From contig CAVOYH010000004.1 of the NCBI GenBank assembly GCA_963700635.1, forward strand, positions 320,001 through 384,000: 64,000 nucleotides of DNA, in the 5' to 3' direction. The stretch's first letter is position 1, and each line of letters opens with the position of its first letter. Positions 1-10,776 of the stretch are shown here, piece by piece. The notes below the pieces were generated by a model. That model ran no database searches and was not told the origin of the DNA. It worked only from the letters and a program-made list of their open reading frames with translations. Made by a program: the position numbers and the translations under genes. This stretch comes from an uncultured Bacteroidota bacterium. GTDB lineage: Bacteria; Bacteroidota; Ignavibacteria; UBA10030; UBA6906.

Positions 1-11
1 ATATAGGACGA

Positions 12-1988
12 TTACCTTATGTAGAGCATAGTGCGTGTGAGAATGGCCCCGTTTGCGGCCAGACGGTAATAGTACACTCCGGTAGCCACCTGGCGGTCGG
101 GAGTGCGTTCGGGGCTCCCCCCGGAATACCCTGGACCCCACTGATACTCGTGGATGCCCGGTTCTGCGACTCCACTATGGAGCGTGGTGATGAGCTGTCC
201 GAGGATGTTATGCACGGTTAACGTGATATGGTCCCGCCGGGGGATTACAATCCTGATACTTGTTCCGTTGTTGAATGGATTAGGATAGTTCTGGGCAAGC
301 AGTGGCGTAACAGGAAGTTCGGGAGCGGGGTCAATCACTTCCCTCAGGATCCATTGCTCCGGATCAACTTCTGCACGTTCAGGCCGGAACGGAAGTCTGA
401 CCTCGAACTGCTCACTGTTCCGTGAATTCCAGACGACGACTGTTGTGTCCTTTCCGGCCGCGGAAAATCGAATGTCTACGGGCATGACAAACACCGCCGG
501 GTTGGTTGTTCCGGTCTTCTGCTCCAGGTCCATTTCGATTCGAAAGGAAGACCCGTCTGCGAACGCGGTCCACCGGAGCGTGTAACGCGGATATTTCTCA
601 CCGTACACCCATTGTGCAAAAAAGAAGGCCAGAGATTTTTCGTAGACGGATTCGCAGACCTGCTGGAAATCAGCGGTGCTCGCCGTTCCATACTGGAAGC
701 GCGGGTCGTCAGCATACGCCCGTAGAGCCCGGAAAAAGAGCGAGTCACCCATAACATGGCGGAGCATGTGCAGAACGGATGCTCCTTTGGAGTAGACACG
801 GTTCCGGGCGAACAGGTTGGGAACACTCGCCGTATCCCGCACGAAGAGGGATCCCTGTGCGGCGAGCGCATCGGACATCCGGTAACGGATGAGAGCCTGG
901 TATTGTGCTATCCCATACCGCGCCTCACGGTACAATGATTCGCTGTATGTTGCAAAGCCCTCGTTCAGCCAGAGATCCTCCCAGGTACGGCAGGTGATCA
1001 TGTTTCCGAACCACTGGTGGGCCAATTCATGCGCGATAACATCCTCGTCGAATGTCGTTGTTGATGTCATCGTCTGGTGCTCCATCGCGCCACCGCGTCC
1101 GAATTCGCTGTGGCCGTACTTCTCTTTCAGAAACGGATAGGGGCCGTACAACCGTGAGAATATCTCCAGCATGTCGACAGTTTTCGGGAGTGTCGCCTGT
1201 GCCTGCTGGAGATGGTGCGGGAGGATGTAATTCAGAATCTCCAGAGAGTCCCCGGGAGCGTATCTGTACCAGTTGCTGAATTCTACGTACGGAGCGATGG
1301 CCACTGAAACAAGGTATGTGGCGATGGGGTATCGTTCTGCCCAGATGTGTGTGGATGTTCCGTCATTGTTATCGCGGACGCCGAGGAGACGCCCATTGGA
1401 ACCAACCTTCAGTCCCGTCGCACAGGTGACGGAGATATCGACGGAATCAGCTTTGTCCAGCGGATGATCTTTGCACGGCCACCAGTCTTTGGCTCCGTAA
1501 GGCTGGCTGAGGGACCAGACCCATGCTCCACCAAAGGTACTCGAAAAAACGAAGCTTCCGAACCCCGATGCCAGGGGTGTCCCGTGGTAACCGATATCGA
1601 CCACTATGTGTTCGCCCCTGGTGTATTTTCGGGGGAGCTGGATCATAAACGTGGAAGGAAAACGGGCCACCTGAAGGAGGGAAGATCCCTGCCGTACGGA
1701 ATCCAGCGTCATGGAGGCCGCGAGATCCAGCGTAACGGAGGCCAGAGAGTCTGCCAGCACCAGAGCCTCAATCCTCACGTCGCCACTGATGAGACTGGTC
1801 ACGTGGTCAACCCGCAGATGGATCCCGTAATAGGTTACATCGATACCCTGTGCTCCTGCGGAAGAGGGGATATTCGGGCGTGCCAGAAACTTGCTCTTTG
1901 CCGAACATCCTTCATCCGTCCCGCCGGCGGCGGAGAGAACGAAGAACAACAGACCTGAAAAAATAACGATCCACCATGGAAATCTCAT
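12..1988 (-). CDS. M1 family zinc aminopeptidase with C-terminal T9SS sorting domain
   Basis: GAMEH exopeptidase motif and HELAH-x18-E zinc motif. N-terminal signal peptide from the ATG at 1988 (the ORF-track start at 2093 looks too long). C-terminal QNYPNPFN...GVYYYRL pattern typical of T9SS CTDs. Confidence 0.9.
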   Translation of the reverse strand: MRFPWWIVIFSGLLFFVLSAAGGTDEGCSAKSKFLARPNIPSSAGAQGIDVTYYGIHLRVDHVTSLISGDVRIEALVLADSLASVTLDLAASMTLDSVRQGSSLLQVARFPSTFMIQLPRKYTRGEHIVVDIGYHGTPLASGFGSFVFSSTFGGAWVWSLSQPYGAKDWWPCKDHPLDKADSVDISVTCATGLKVGSNGRLLGVRDNNDGTSTHIWAERYPIATYLVSVAIAPYVEFSNWYRYAPGDSLEILNYILPHHLQQAQATLPKTVDMLEIFSRLYGPYPFLKEKYGHSEFGRGGAMEHQTMTSTTTFDEDVIAHELAHQWFGNMITCRTWEDLWLNEGFATYSESLYREARYGIAQYQALIRYRMSDALAAQGSLFVRDTASVPNLFARNRVYSKGASVLHMLRHVMGDSLFFRALRAYADDPRFQYGTASTADFQQVCESVYEKSLAFFFAQWVYGEKYPRYTLRWTAFADGSSFRIEMDLEQKTGTTNPAVFVMPVDIRFSAAGKDTTVVVWNSRNSEQFEVRLPFRPERAEVDPEQWILREVIDPAPELPVTPLLAQNYPNPFNNGTSIRIVIPRRDHITLTVHNILGQLITTLHSGVAEPGIHEYQWGPGYSGGSPERTPDRQVATGVYYYRLAANGAILTRTMLYIR

Positions 1989-1995
1989 AGATTCT

Positions 1996-2024
1996 AAGAT
2001 ACTAACCTCGCGTGCGACCTGCAA
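1996..2024 (-). promoter_or_regulatory. sigma70-like promoter for the M1 peptidase (likely leaderless)
   Basis: TTGCAG-17 nt-TATCTT, with the -10 box 7 nt before the ATG at 1988. Confidence 0.5.
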
Positions 2025-2029
2025 ACGAG

Positions 2030-2058
2030 TTGACTTTTCGGCGCCGAGTTGGTAGTTT
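2030..2058 (+). promoter_or_regulatory. sigma70-like promoter for ferritin
   Basis: TTGACT-17 nt-TAGTTT upstream of the ATG at 2110. Confidence 0.55.
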
Positions 2059-2109
2059 ACAGTACGTATATTCCTTTTACCACCAATCCACAATCAGGGA
2101 CACCATCGA

Positions 2110-2601
2110 ATGCTAAGCAAGACACTTCAAGACGCCTTTAACGAGCAGATCCGGAACGAGATTCAGTCTGCATACCTCTATCTGGCAATGGCCCAGCACT
2201 GCGAAGCCGTCAACCTTCCGGGGTGCGCGTCCTGGCTCACCGCACAATGGGCGGAGGAGCTGGAACATGCGATGAAATTCGTCGCATACGTGAATGACCG
2301 CGGCGGTCGCGTGCTGCTCGGCGCCATCGAGAAGCCCCAGGCCGAATATGCTTCACCCACGGCGGTGTTCACCCAGGTCCTGGCGCATGAACAGAAGGTC
2401 ACGGGGATGATCAACCAGTTGTACGCGCTTGCTCTCAAAGAGAACGATTACGCTTCGCAGGTTGAGCTCCAGTGGTTCATCAAGGAGCAGGTTGAAGAGG
2501 AAAAGAGTGCGGAGGCAATCATCGTGCAATTGAAGATGGTTGGAGAAAGCGCAACTGCCCTTCTGATGCTGGATCGTCAACTCGGCAACCGGGGGAAATA
2601 G
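2110..2601 (+). CDS. ftnA: non-heme ferritin
   Basis: 163 aa. [29 protein letters not shown] and [10 protein letters not shown] ferroxidase-centre motifs. Confidence 0.93.
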   Translation: MLSKTLQDAFNEQIRNEIQSAYLYLAMAQHCEAVNLPGCASWLTAQWAEELEHAMKFVAYVNDRGGRVLLGAIEKPQAEYASPTAVFTQVLAHEQKVTGMINQLYALALKENDYASQVELQWFIKEQVEEEKSAEAIIVQLKMVGESATALLMLDRQLGNRGK

Positions 2602-2770
2602 CAGGTCCCGGCCCCGGGGCATAGAACCCCGTCTGTACTTGCCGTCGCGTCCTTCCGGGGATAGTGGAGGAGCTCCTTCCCCTGCTATCCTCGGATCCTA
2701 CCAGTACTTGTCCGCGCGCGTTTGTTCTGCACACATGTGATGCCGCAGAAGTGCGGTGAAGGAGGTTATT

Positions 2771-3844
2771 ATGGTCACCCGGGATGCCCCTCTCCGTTTC
2801 GGAATCATCGGATTCGGAAGTTTTGCCGAACGGGCAATCGCTCCGGCGATACGGGAGACCCCCGGGGTAGAACTTCAGGCAATTCAGAAACGATCGCTTG
2901 ACGCTGCCCGCAACAAGGCCCGGGAGCATGGCATACCCCTGTTCTTTTCCACCGCAGAGGAACTTGCGGCCCATCCTGACGTCGACGCGGTGTTTATCGT
3001 GTCGGCAAACGCGTCACACTGCGCCGAAACAAGCGCTGCAGCACGTGCAGGCAAACATGTGCTTGTGGAAAAACCGATGGCCATGACCGTGCCTGAGGCA
3101 GAACAGATGATCGACGTCTGTGCGCGTAACAAGGTACGGCTCATGGTGGGCCATATGATTCGTTTTTCACCGCTGGTTCTTCGCATGCGCGAAGTCATAC
3201 GATCCGGCATACTGGGAAAACTCGTGTTTGTCAGGGCCGACTTCGTGTATGACGGGCGACTCTCGCACAGGGTCTGGTTGCGGGATCGGGGCATTGCGGG
3301 AGGCGGTCCAGTGTTCGACGTGGGTGTGCATTGCCTTGATACGCTCCGGTTTATCCTGGATGACGAAGTGCGGTCCGTGCACGCAGTTCTTGATCCGCTG
3401 CCGACACAATCACAAACCGAAGAAACCGCGCTGCTCGGACTTCAATTCTCTCGGGGAACGACCGGGTCCATTCTCTGCTCGTATGCCGCGCCGGTTCGCC
3501 GGAAGGAAATCGAAATTCTGGGGATGGAGGGGCGGATGACGGCGGAGGATTTTACGGTCGGGGGTATTTCTGCACAACTCCGGATTGACACATCGAAGGA
3601 CTCCGCGCCGGCCAGAGTGCTGGAAGAGACATTTCAGATCCCCAATCTGTATGTGAAGGAAATCTCCCATTTTGCAGAGGCGATCCGCACGGGTTCGGCC
3701 CTGCACACACCGGGGGAAAATGGCCTCGCCAATCAGAGGGTTCTGGATCGGGCCGTCGCAGGGGGCGGCACACCTTCCGGCTCGTTGCATTTTGATCCCC
3801 TTGTTCCTACAATGAACACCATCGGACACCCCATAAAGCGGTAG
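2771..3844 (+). CDS. Gfo/Idh/MocA family oxidoreductase
   Basis: GIIGFG Rossmann motif, GKHVLVEKPMA and GGGPVFDVGVH. AAGGAGG SD precedes the ATG at 2771. Confidence 0.9.
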   Translation: MVTRDAPLRFGIIGFGSFAERAIAPAIRETPGVELQAIQKRSLDAARNKAREHGIPLFFSTAEELAAHPDVDAVFIVSANASHCAETSAAARAGKHVLVEKPMAMTVPEAEQMIDVCARNKVRLMVGHMIRFSPLVLRMREVIRSGILGKLVFVRADFVYDGRLSHRVWLRDRGIAGGGPVFDVGVHCLDTLRFILDDEVRSVHAVLDPLPTQSQTEETALLGLQFSRGTTGSILCSYAAPVRRKEIEILGMEGRMTAEDFTVGGISAQLRIDTSKDSAPARVLEETFQIPNLYVKEISHFAEAIRTGSALHTPGENGLANQRVLDRAVAGGGTPSGSLHFDPLVPTMNTIGHPIKR

Positions 3845-3845
3845 C

Positions 3846-4913
3846 ATGAAAACGAAGACCCGTATCATACTCGTAGTAGCAATCCTCGCGATTCTTGCAG
3901 TTCTGTTAAGTCCGCGGCTAAAGCTCTTTTCCCCTTCAGAGACTCTTCCTGGCGGATCCGGGCAACGTGATGTGCGCCTGCCGGTGTCCGCCATTGTCGT
4001 GCGCCCTGAACCTCTGACGAACTCCATTCGTGCGACCGGCACCATTCTGGCGTATGAGGAAGTGGAACTGCGGAGCGAAATAGCCGGAAAAATTGAGCGT
4101 ATTGGTTTCCAGGAGGGAAGTGTTGTACAGAAGGGTGCGCTCCTGGTGAAGATCAACAGCGATGAAATTCAGGCACAACTTCAAAAACTGGAGTCGCAGG
4201 TCAAACTCGCTGAAGAAAAGGAACGCCGGCGCCGCCTTCTTTTTGAAAAACAGAATATCAGTCCCGAAGACTACGACATTGCACTGAATGAACTCAATTC
4301 CATCAAGGCCGAGTTTCAGTACAATCGCGCCCGGCTGGAAAAGACCGAGATCCGGGCTCCCTTCACAGGGGTGATCGGACTCCGCTACGTGAGTGAGGGG
4401 AGTTATGTATCATCAACCACCCGGATTGCAAGTCTTCAAAACCTGGAGCAGGTCAAAATAGATTTTGCGGTGCCGGAGCGGTATGCGCAGTCCGTGAAGG
4501 TGGGCCAGATGATACGTTTTACCCGAGCAGGATCGCAGGAGGTATTTTCGGGCAAGATTTTTGCGATTGAACCCAAAATAGATCCTCAAACGCGCACGCT
4601 CCAGGTACGCGCGCTTTCGCGGAATGTGGGCGGCCGTTTGCTCCCGGGAGGGTTTGCGGGGGTAGTGCTGGAACTCGAACACTTTGAGGGGGCGTTGCTG
4701 GTGCCAAGCCAGGCAATCGTTCCCGAGTTGCAGGGACAGAAGGTATTTCTGCAGCGTAACGGCAGAGCGGAGCAGTCGCAGGTCGAGGTCGGGATGCGTA
4801 CGGAAGCACGTGTGCAGATTCTTTCGGGCGTTCGGCCCGGGGACACCGTTATTACGACCGGCATGCTGCAGCTCGCACCTGGACTCCCCGTACAGCTCAC
4901 GTCGGTGGAGTAG
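3846..4913 (+). CDS. RND efflux periplasmic adaptor (MFP)
   Basis: N-terminal TM, lipoyl/hairpin pattern (G..V.KG.LL, IRAPFTG), LLPGGF. Lies directly upstream of an RND permease. Confidence 0.9.
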   Translation: MKTKTRIILVVAILAILAVLLSPRLKLFSPSETLPGGSGQRDVRLPVSAIVVRPEPLTNSIRATGTILAYEEVELRSEIAGKIERIGFQEGSVVQKGALLVKINSDEIQAQLQKLESQVKLAEEKERRRRLLFEKQNISPEDYDIALNELNSIKAEFQYNRARLEKTEIRAPFTGVIGLRYVSEGSYVSSTTRIASLQNLEQVKIDFAVPERYAQSVKVGQMIRFTRAGSQEVFSGKIFAIEPKIDPQTRTLQVRALSRNVGGRLLPGGFAGVVLELEHFEGALLVPSQAIVPELQGQKVFLQRNGRAEQSQVEVGMRTEARVQILSGVRPGDTVITTGMLQLAPGLPVQLTSVE

Positions 4914-4919
4914 AGCACC

Positions 4920-7900
4920 ATGAGTCTGGCAGAAACCGCCATCCGGCGCCCCGTCCTCGCCATCGTGATGTCCATAGCGATTGTGCTGTTTGGCATTATC
5001 GGCTACAGCTATCTCGGCGTCCGCGAATACCCCAGCGTTGATCCCCCGGTTGTGACCGTGTCGGCCTCGTACACCGGCGCAAATGCGGATGTCATTGAAT
5101 CACAGATCACGGAGCCGCTTGAAGAAACCATCAGCGGCATTGCCGGCATCCGTTCGTTGAAGTCCACGAGTTCCGAAGGACGCTGCAACATTACCGTTGA
5201 GTTCGAGCTCGGCGTGGATATGGAAGCTGCGGCCAACGATGTGCGCGACAAGGTGTCGCGTGCGGTCCGACTTCTCCCCCCTGACGCGGATAACCCCGTC
5301 GTGATGAAAGCCGACGCCGATGCCATTCCCATTCTCTTCATGAGTGTAAAAAGTGACCGGCGGAATCTGCTGCAGTTGACAGACATTGCAACCAATGTCT
5401 TCAAGGAACGGCTGCAGACGATCGACGGCGTGAGCGAAGTGCAGATCTGGGGAGAAAAACGTTATGCGATGCGATTGTGGATGGATCCGGCCCGCCTTGC
5501 AGCGTACCGCCTCTCACCTCTTGATGTGCGGAGTGCGCTGCTCCGCGAAAACGTGGAATTGCCGTCCGGCAGAATCGAAGGACAATGGACTGAACTCACC
5601 GTCCGCACCTTAAGCCGTCTCTCCACTCCGGAGGAATTTAACAATCTGATTGTGCGCGAGTCCGAGGGACGTATCATACGCTTCCGGGATATCGGCACCG
5701 CCGAATTGGGACCGGAGAACTACAGGAGCATTCTCCGCCGTGACGGCACTCCGATGGTGGGAGTGGTACTCATTCCGCGGTCCGGGGCGAACTACATTAC
5801 TATCGTCGATGAAGCATACCGGCGGGTTGAAGATCTTAAAAGAGATCTCCCCGAGGACATCGGGATGGGTGTTGGTTTTGATTCCTCACGGTATATCAGA
5901 CAGGCCGTTGCCGAGGTTGCAGAAACGGTTCTCCTGGCCTTTGCCCTGGTGTTTCTCGTCATTTACCTGTTTCTCCGGGACCTCCGGACAACGATTATCC
6001 CGATGCTCGCCGTGCCGGTATCACTGATCGGCGCGTTCTTTATTATGTACATCGCAGATTTCTCTGTGAATGTGCTCACGCTCCTCGGCATTGTGCTGGC
6101 CATCGGACTTGTGGTGGACGATGCGATCGTGATGCTGGAGAACATCTTTACCAAGATCGAGGGGGGTATGCTCCCCCGCGAGGCGGGAAACCGGGGTTCC
6201 TCAGAGGTGTACTTTGCGATCATCGCAACAACAGTCGCGCTGGTGGCGGTGTTCCTTCCGGTGATTTTTCTTCAGGGCATCACGGGGCGTCTGTTCAAGG
6301 AATTTGGCATTGTGCTGTCCGGCTCAGTCATTATCTCCTCGTTTGTCGCTCTGACCCTCACCCCGATGATGTGTACCCGGATTTTCAGACAACATCAACA
6401 CCACAGCCGATTCTATCAGGCGACGGAGCCATTTTTCCGGACCATGGCGGACCGATACCGGGATCTCCTCGCCGGGTTCCTGGAACGCCGCTGGATGGCG
6501 TTTGCCGTTGTCGGGGGGGCATTCGTGCTGATTGCCGTGGTGGGGATGTCGCTGCAATCGGAACTGGCCCCTCTTGAAGATCGGGGCAGGATGCGGGTAA
6601 ATGTGACGGGACCCGAGGGGTCCTCCTTCGAGTACATGGATGCGTACATGGCGGAGCTTGTGGCAAAGGCCGAACGTACGGTCCCCGAACGGGAAGCGAT
6701 CATCGCCATCACCTCCGGCGGCGGCGGTGGGGCAGTGAATTCGGGCTTTATGAACATTATTTTGAGGGATGCCGGTACGCGCACGCGGACGCAACAGCAG
6801 ATCGCAGACCAGATTTCTACACTGGTGCGCGGGATAACCGGTGCTCGAGCGTTTGTGACACAGGATCAGACGATCGGCGGGCGTACGCGGGGACTGCCTG
6901 TACAATTTGTTATCGAGGCGCCGAACTTCGAGAAGCTCAAAGAAAGACTTCCGCAGTTTCTCGCGGCGGCGAAATCACATCCGGACTTCGAGGTTGTGGA
7001 CGCCAACCTGAAATTCAACAAACCCGAAACGCGTGTCCAGATCGACCGCGACCGGGCCAAAGCCCTCGGTGTTTCTGCCATCGACATTGCACAGACACTC
7101 CAGGCGGCCTTCAGTGGTCAGCGGTTCGACTACTTCGTCATGAATGCAAAACTGTATCAGGTTATCGGACAGGTACGACGGGAGGACCGTGATGATCCCA
7201 TCGACCTGAAGTCGCTTTATGTCAAGAACAGCCGGGGCGAGATGGTACAGCTGGACAACGTGGTAACCCTGGTGGAAGAGAGTAGTCCTCCCGCGCTCTA
7301 CAGGTTCGACCGGTATGTCGCAGCCACCGTGTCGGCGGGTCTCGCCGCGGTTATACGATGGGGGATGGTATCACCGCCATGCGCGGGTGGCAGATCGTGT
7401 TCTGGACGAATCATTCAGCACCGCTCTGGATGGTGCGTCAAAAGACTACGCCGAAAGTTCATCCAGCCTGGTCTTCGCGTTTGCACTGGCCATCGTGTTG
7501 ATTTATCTTGTGCTCGCCGCACAGTTTGAGAGCTTCCGCGACCCGTTGACCATCATGTTTACCGTCCCGCTGGCGCTGAGCGGTGCCCTGTTTTCGCTCT
7601 GGTACTTTGGACAGACCATGAACATTTTCAGTCAGATCGGTATGATCATGTTGATCGGGCTGGTCACGAAGAACGGCATTCTGATCGTGGAGTTCGCGAA
7701 TCAGCGACGTGAGGCAGGGTCGTCGCTGTAGGATGCAATCCAGGACGCCTCGGCAGCCCGGTTGCGGCCGATCCTCATGACCGCACTTTCGACAATTCTG
7801 GGAACACTGCCGATCGCCCTTGCACTCGGCGCCGGAGCGGAAAGCCGGGTGTCAATGGGTATCGCTGTTGTCGGAGGACTCGTGCTCGCGACGGTATTGA

Positions 7901-7968
7901 CTCTTTTTGTGGTCCCGGCCGTTTATACCTTCATTGCGCGGAAGGATGTCGTAAGCCCGTCGCCGTAA
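4920..7968 (+). pseudogene. AcrB/MdtC-type RND permease, disrupted as given (two single-base deletions and one in-frame TAG)
   Basis: GLVVDDAIVMLEN, GLVTKNGILIVEFA and RLRPILMT motifs are split over ORFs 4920-7529, 7315-7731 and 7762-7968. Frameshifts near 7347 and 7385; TAG at 7729-7731. Confidence 0.8.
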
Positions 7969-8002
7969 CGTAACCACCTCACACTGCTCCAGTCGGTTGC
8001 CC

Positions 8003-8764
8003 ATGCACCTACACTATCGGAAGTACGGCTCCGGGCCGGTCCTTATCCTCTTGCACGGACTCTTCGGCTCGCTGAACATCTGGCATTCGCACGCCCGTGC
8101 GTTCAGCAGTCGCTTTACTGTATATGCCGTTGATCAGCGTAACCACGGCATGTCCCCGCACGATCCTGATTCTTCCTATCCTGCCATGGCGGAAGATATT
8201 CACACATTAATGAATGTGCTTGGTATTTCTGACGCCGTCCTGCTTGGGCATTCGATGGGAGGGAAGACGGCCATCCAGTTTGGTGGGATGTATCCCGGGC
8301 GGGCAAACGCGCTTGTCATTGTGGATATCGCGCCGAGAGGTTATCCGGAGGAGCACGGGGAGATATTCAGGGCGCTTCATTCGATCAACCTCGAGACGTT
8401 ATCGCAGAGGGAGGAAGCAGACCGGGCACTGATACCCTTTATTGACGATTCGTCGGTGAGGCGGTTTCTGGTGACCAATATTGTGCGCGATGCACGCGGC
8501 CACTTGCGGTGGAGGATGAACCTCCCCGTCCTTCGCGAATCCTACGGTCTTCTCGCCGGTCCCGTTGACCTTGCCGCACCCTTCCTGAAACCCGCGCTGT
8601 TCATCCGGGGAGAGCGATCCTCGCACATAACGCCGGAGGACGAAGGGCCTATCACACAGCTGTTTCCCGCCGCAAAGTTTCTGACTCTCCCTGGCGCCGG
8701 CCACTGGGTGCCGGCTGACGTGCCGGAGCTCTTTCAGAAAGTTGTTCTTGAGTTTCTGTCCTAA
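8003..8764 (+). CDS. alpha/beta hydrolase, YbfF-like esterase
   Basis: HGLFGS oxyanion motif, DQRNHG, GHSMGG nucleophile elbow, VDIAP, AGHW. Confidence 0.85.
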   Translation: MHLHYRKYGSGPVLILLHGLFGSLNIWHSHARAFSSRFTVYAVDQRNHGMSPHDPDSSYPAMAEDIHTLMNVLGISDAVLLGHSMGGKTAIQFGGMYPGRANALVIVDIAPRGYPEEHGEIFRALHSINLETLSQREEADRALIPFIDDSSVRRFLVTNIVRDARGHLRWRMNLPVLRESYGLLAGPVDLAAPFLKPALFIRGERSSHITPEDEGPITQLFPAAKFLTLPGAGHWVPADVPELFQKVVLEFLS

Positions 8765-8901
8765 GACTCTGTATGCATGGTGTTCAGGCGACGTTTCCTG
8801 GAACGCCGCATGAAAGATTGGGGGAGTGTCCCGGGGAACCCCCGGGGGGAGTGGGGTTTCTGCAGAATGACGGAAGGGTGTGCGGTGCGGCGCCAGTACC
8901 G

Positions 8902-10146
8902 TCAGAGGAGCTTGCGTCGTACCAGTTCCAGAGCGGCCGCCGCGGCCCGCTCTCGAATAATATCGCGTGTTCCACCGAACTGGTGTCTCACCGCAAGGGC
9001 GCAGGACTCGTCGGCATAACCGATCCAGACCAGGCCGACCGGTTTCTCAGCGGAACCGCCGGATGGCCCGGCAATCCCGGTGACTGAAAGCCCGATGTCG
9101 GTGCCTGCCGCGCGCCGGATTCCGGACGCCATCATTTCCGCCGTTTCCCGGCTCACCGCTCCATGCACGTCGAGAATATCCGACGGCACGCCCAGCATCT
9201 CGATCTTTGATCGATTGCTGTACGTCACCGCACCTCTCTCCACGTATGCCGAGCTGCCTGCGATGCGCGTCAGCTTTTCCAGAATCAGTCCACCAGTGCA
9301 CGACTCTGCAACGGCAATGGTCTTCTTACGCTCGGTCAGGAGGTGCCCCAGGGTTTCCTCCAGTTCCTGTTGCCCCGCGCCGTAAATATATTTCCGGGCT
9401 TTTGAGCGGATCCTCTCTTCAACCTCTCCCACTTTCCGGTCTGCTGCCACCGCATCCGTATCCAGGACGGTAATGCGCAGTTTCACTCCGGCCGGCGAAG
9501 GGAGAAAGGCGAGTTTTGCCCCCTGCAGTAATTCGTCGATGTTCCCGAGCATGGATGCCAGATCACTCTCGGGTATTCCGGTCGTTCGCAGCGTCCGGTG
9601 TCTGATCACTGAACCCTGCACGAGAGAAGCGAGCTTCGGAATGACGCCCGAGTCCATCATCTCCTTCATTTCATAGGGGACTCCGGGCAACACGATAAAA
9701 CGCTTGCTTCCATCTTTGAAGAGCATGCCCGGCGCCGTGCCGAGGGAATTCCAGATCACCTCCGCTTTCCGGGGAACCATCGTTTGTTCTTCGGCAGACG
9801 CGGACCATGTGCGGTTCCTGCGTTTCAGGAATTCGTCAATATGGTTGCCCACGTCAGCGTTGCGCTCAAGCGTGGAATCAAAGAACGTGCACACTGCTTG
9901 TTTTGTGATATCATCGTGTGTGGGGCCAAGTCCGCCGGTAACGATTACAATATCGTGGCGGGTCCACGCATCGGCGAAGGCATCAAGAATAGGCCCCATT
10001 TCATCGGCAACGGTGACCATGCGGGCGACGCGGATATTGATCAGCGTAAGCCGATCAGCGATAAAGGCCTGGTTGGTGTTGAGGATCTGGCCGATCAGCA
10101 GCTCATCGCCGATGGTGAGAATCTCGCTCGTCATCCTTCCGGACAC
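8902..10146 (-). CDS. cinA: competence/damage-inducible protein CinA (MoCF-like domain + PncC NMN deamidase)
   Basis: IGDELLIGQILNTN, TGGLGPTHDD, LPGVP, AESCTGG, HGAVS, TGIAGP.GG...KPVG. Confidence 0.93.
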   Translation of the reverse strand: MSGRMTSEILTIGDELLIGQILNTNQAFIADRLTLINIRVARMVTVADEMGPILDAFADAWTRHDIVIVTGGLGPTHDDITKQAVCTFFDSTLERNADVGNHIDEFLKRRNRTWSASAEEQTMVPRKAEVIWNSLGTAPGMLFKDGSKRFIVLPGVPYEMKEMMDSGVIPKLASLVQGSVIRHRTLRTTGIPESDLASMLGNIDELLQGAKLAFLPSPAGVKLRITVLDTDAVAADRKVGEVEERIRSKARKYIYGAGQQELEETLGHLLTERKKTIAVAESCTGGLILEKLTRIAGSSAYVERGAVTYSNRSKIEMLGVPSDILDVHGAVSRETAEMMASGIRRAAGTDIGLSVTGIAGPSGGSAEKPVGLVWIGYADESCALAVRHQFGGTRDIIRERAAAAALELVRRKLL

Positions 10147-10176
10147 CCCCTCTCGTGAGTGAACAGTCGTGTTACG

Positions 10177-10776
10177 CTAAACAAAGGCCCACTGCCATCC
10201 CCACCACCCTGCCCAGGTCAGAAGATTTGCGTAGATTCCGGCAACCACGTCATCCAGCATGATCCCCCAGCCGTTTGGAATCCGTTCCATGTATCGTGCC
10301 GGCTGGGGTTTGAGAATGTCCATGACACGGAAGGCAAAAAATCCTATCAGCATTACGGGAAGTGTTTTCGGGAGGAACAGAAGAGTTACCCACATCCCCA
10401 CGATCTCATCGATGACGACGATAGAAGGATCGGGTGTCGTATGGTCGTCTGGCTGGAAAACCGCTTTTGCACGCCTGGCTGTTTCTGTGAGCTGGTGTCC
10501 CACGGCGTCGGCCACACGGGCGGATGAGAAGACGCCTGCAAAAAACCCGGAAACGATCAGGATGCCGAGCGTAAGTGGGGACTCGAGGCCCGGTATCAGG
10601 TAGATCAGAAGCCCGACCAGGGTTCCGACGGTGCCTGACGCCCAGGGGCTGTAGCCCGAGAAGAATCCCGTTGCGATAAATCGGTGGAGGAATGGAATCG
10701 TGGCTGGCGGCCGGTCAGCTTCGCGGGCGTGTACGGAATCGTTCGGAGAGTTCAAGGAGAGTTTTCCCGTTATCAA
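10177..10776 (-). CDS. pgpA: phosphatidylglycerophosphatase A
   Basis: SG.SP.ASGT.GT, DPSIVVIDE, FR..DI.KP and GIMLDDVVAG motifs. Start codon uncertain. Confidence 0.9.
   Translation of the reverse strand: MITGKLSLNSPNDSVHAREADRPPATIPFLHRFIATGFFSGYSPWASGTVGTLVGLLIYLIPGLESPLTLGILIVSGFFAGVFSSARVADAVGHQLTETARRAKAVFQPDDHTTPDPSIVVIDEIVGMWVTLLFLPKTLPVMLIGFFAFRVMDILKPQPARYMERIPNGWGIMLDDVVAGIYANLLTWAGWWGWQWAFV

Noticed and set aside
7729-7731. In-frame TAG as pyrrolysine or stop-codon reassignment
   Set aside because: TAG terminates many intact genes here (ftnA, guaA, arcC, gcvP), and the same gene also has two frameshifts
8770-8860. Hairpins between the convergent esterase and cinA genes (similar ones at 2655-2750, 23605-23670, 51244-51270)
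   Set aside because: Short GC-rich stems with no shared sequence; consistent with terminators or stabilisers, not a repeat family or CRISPR array
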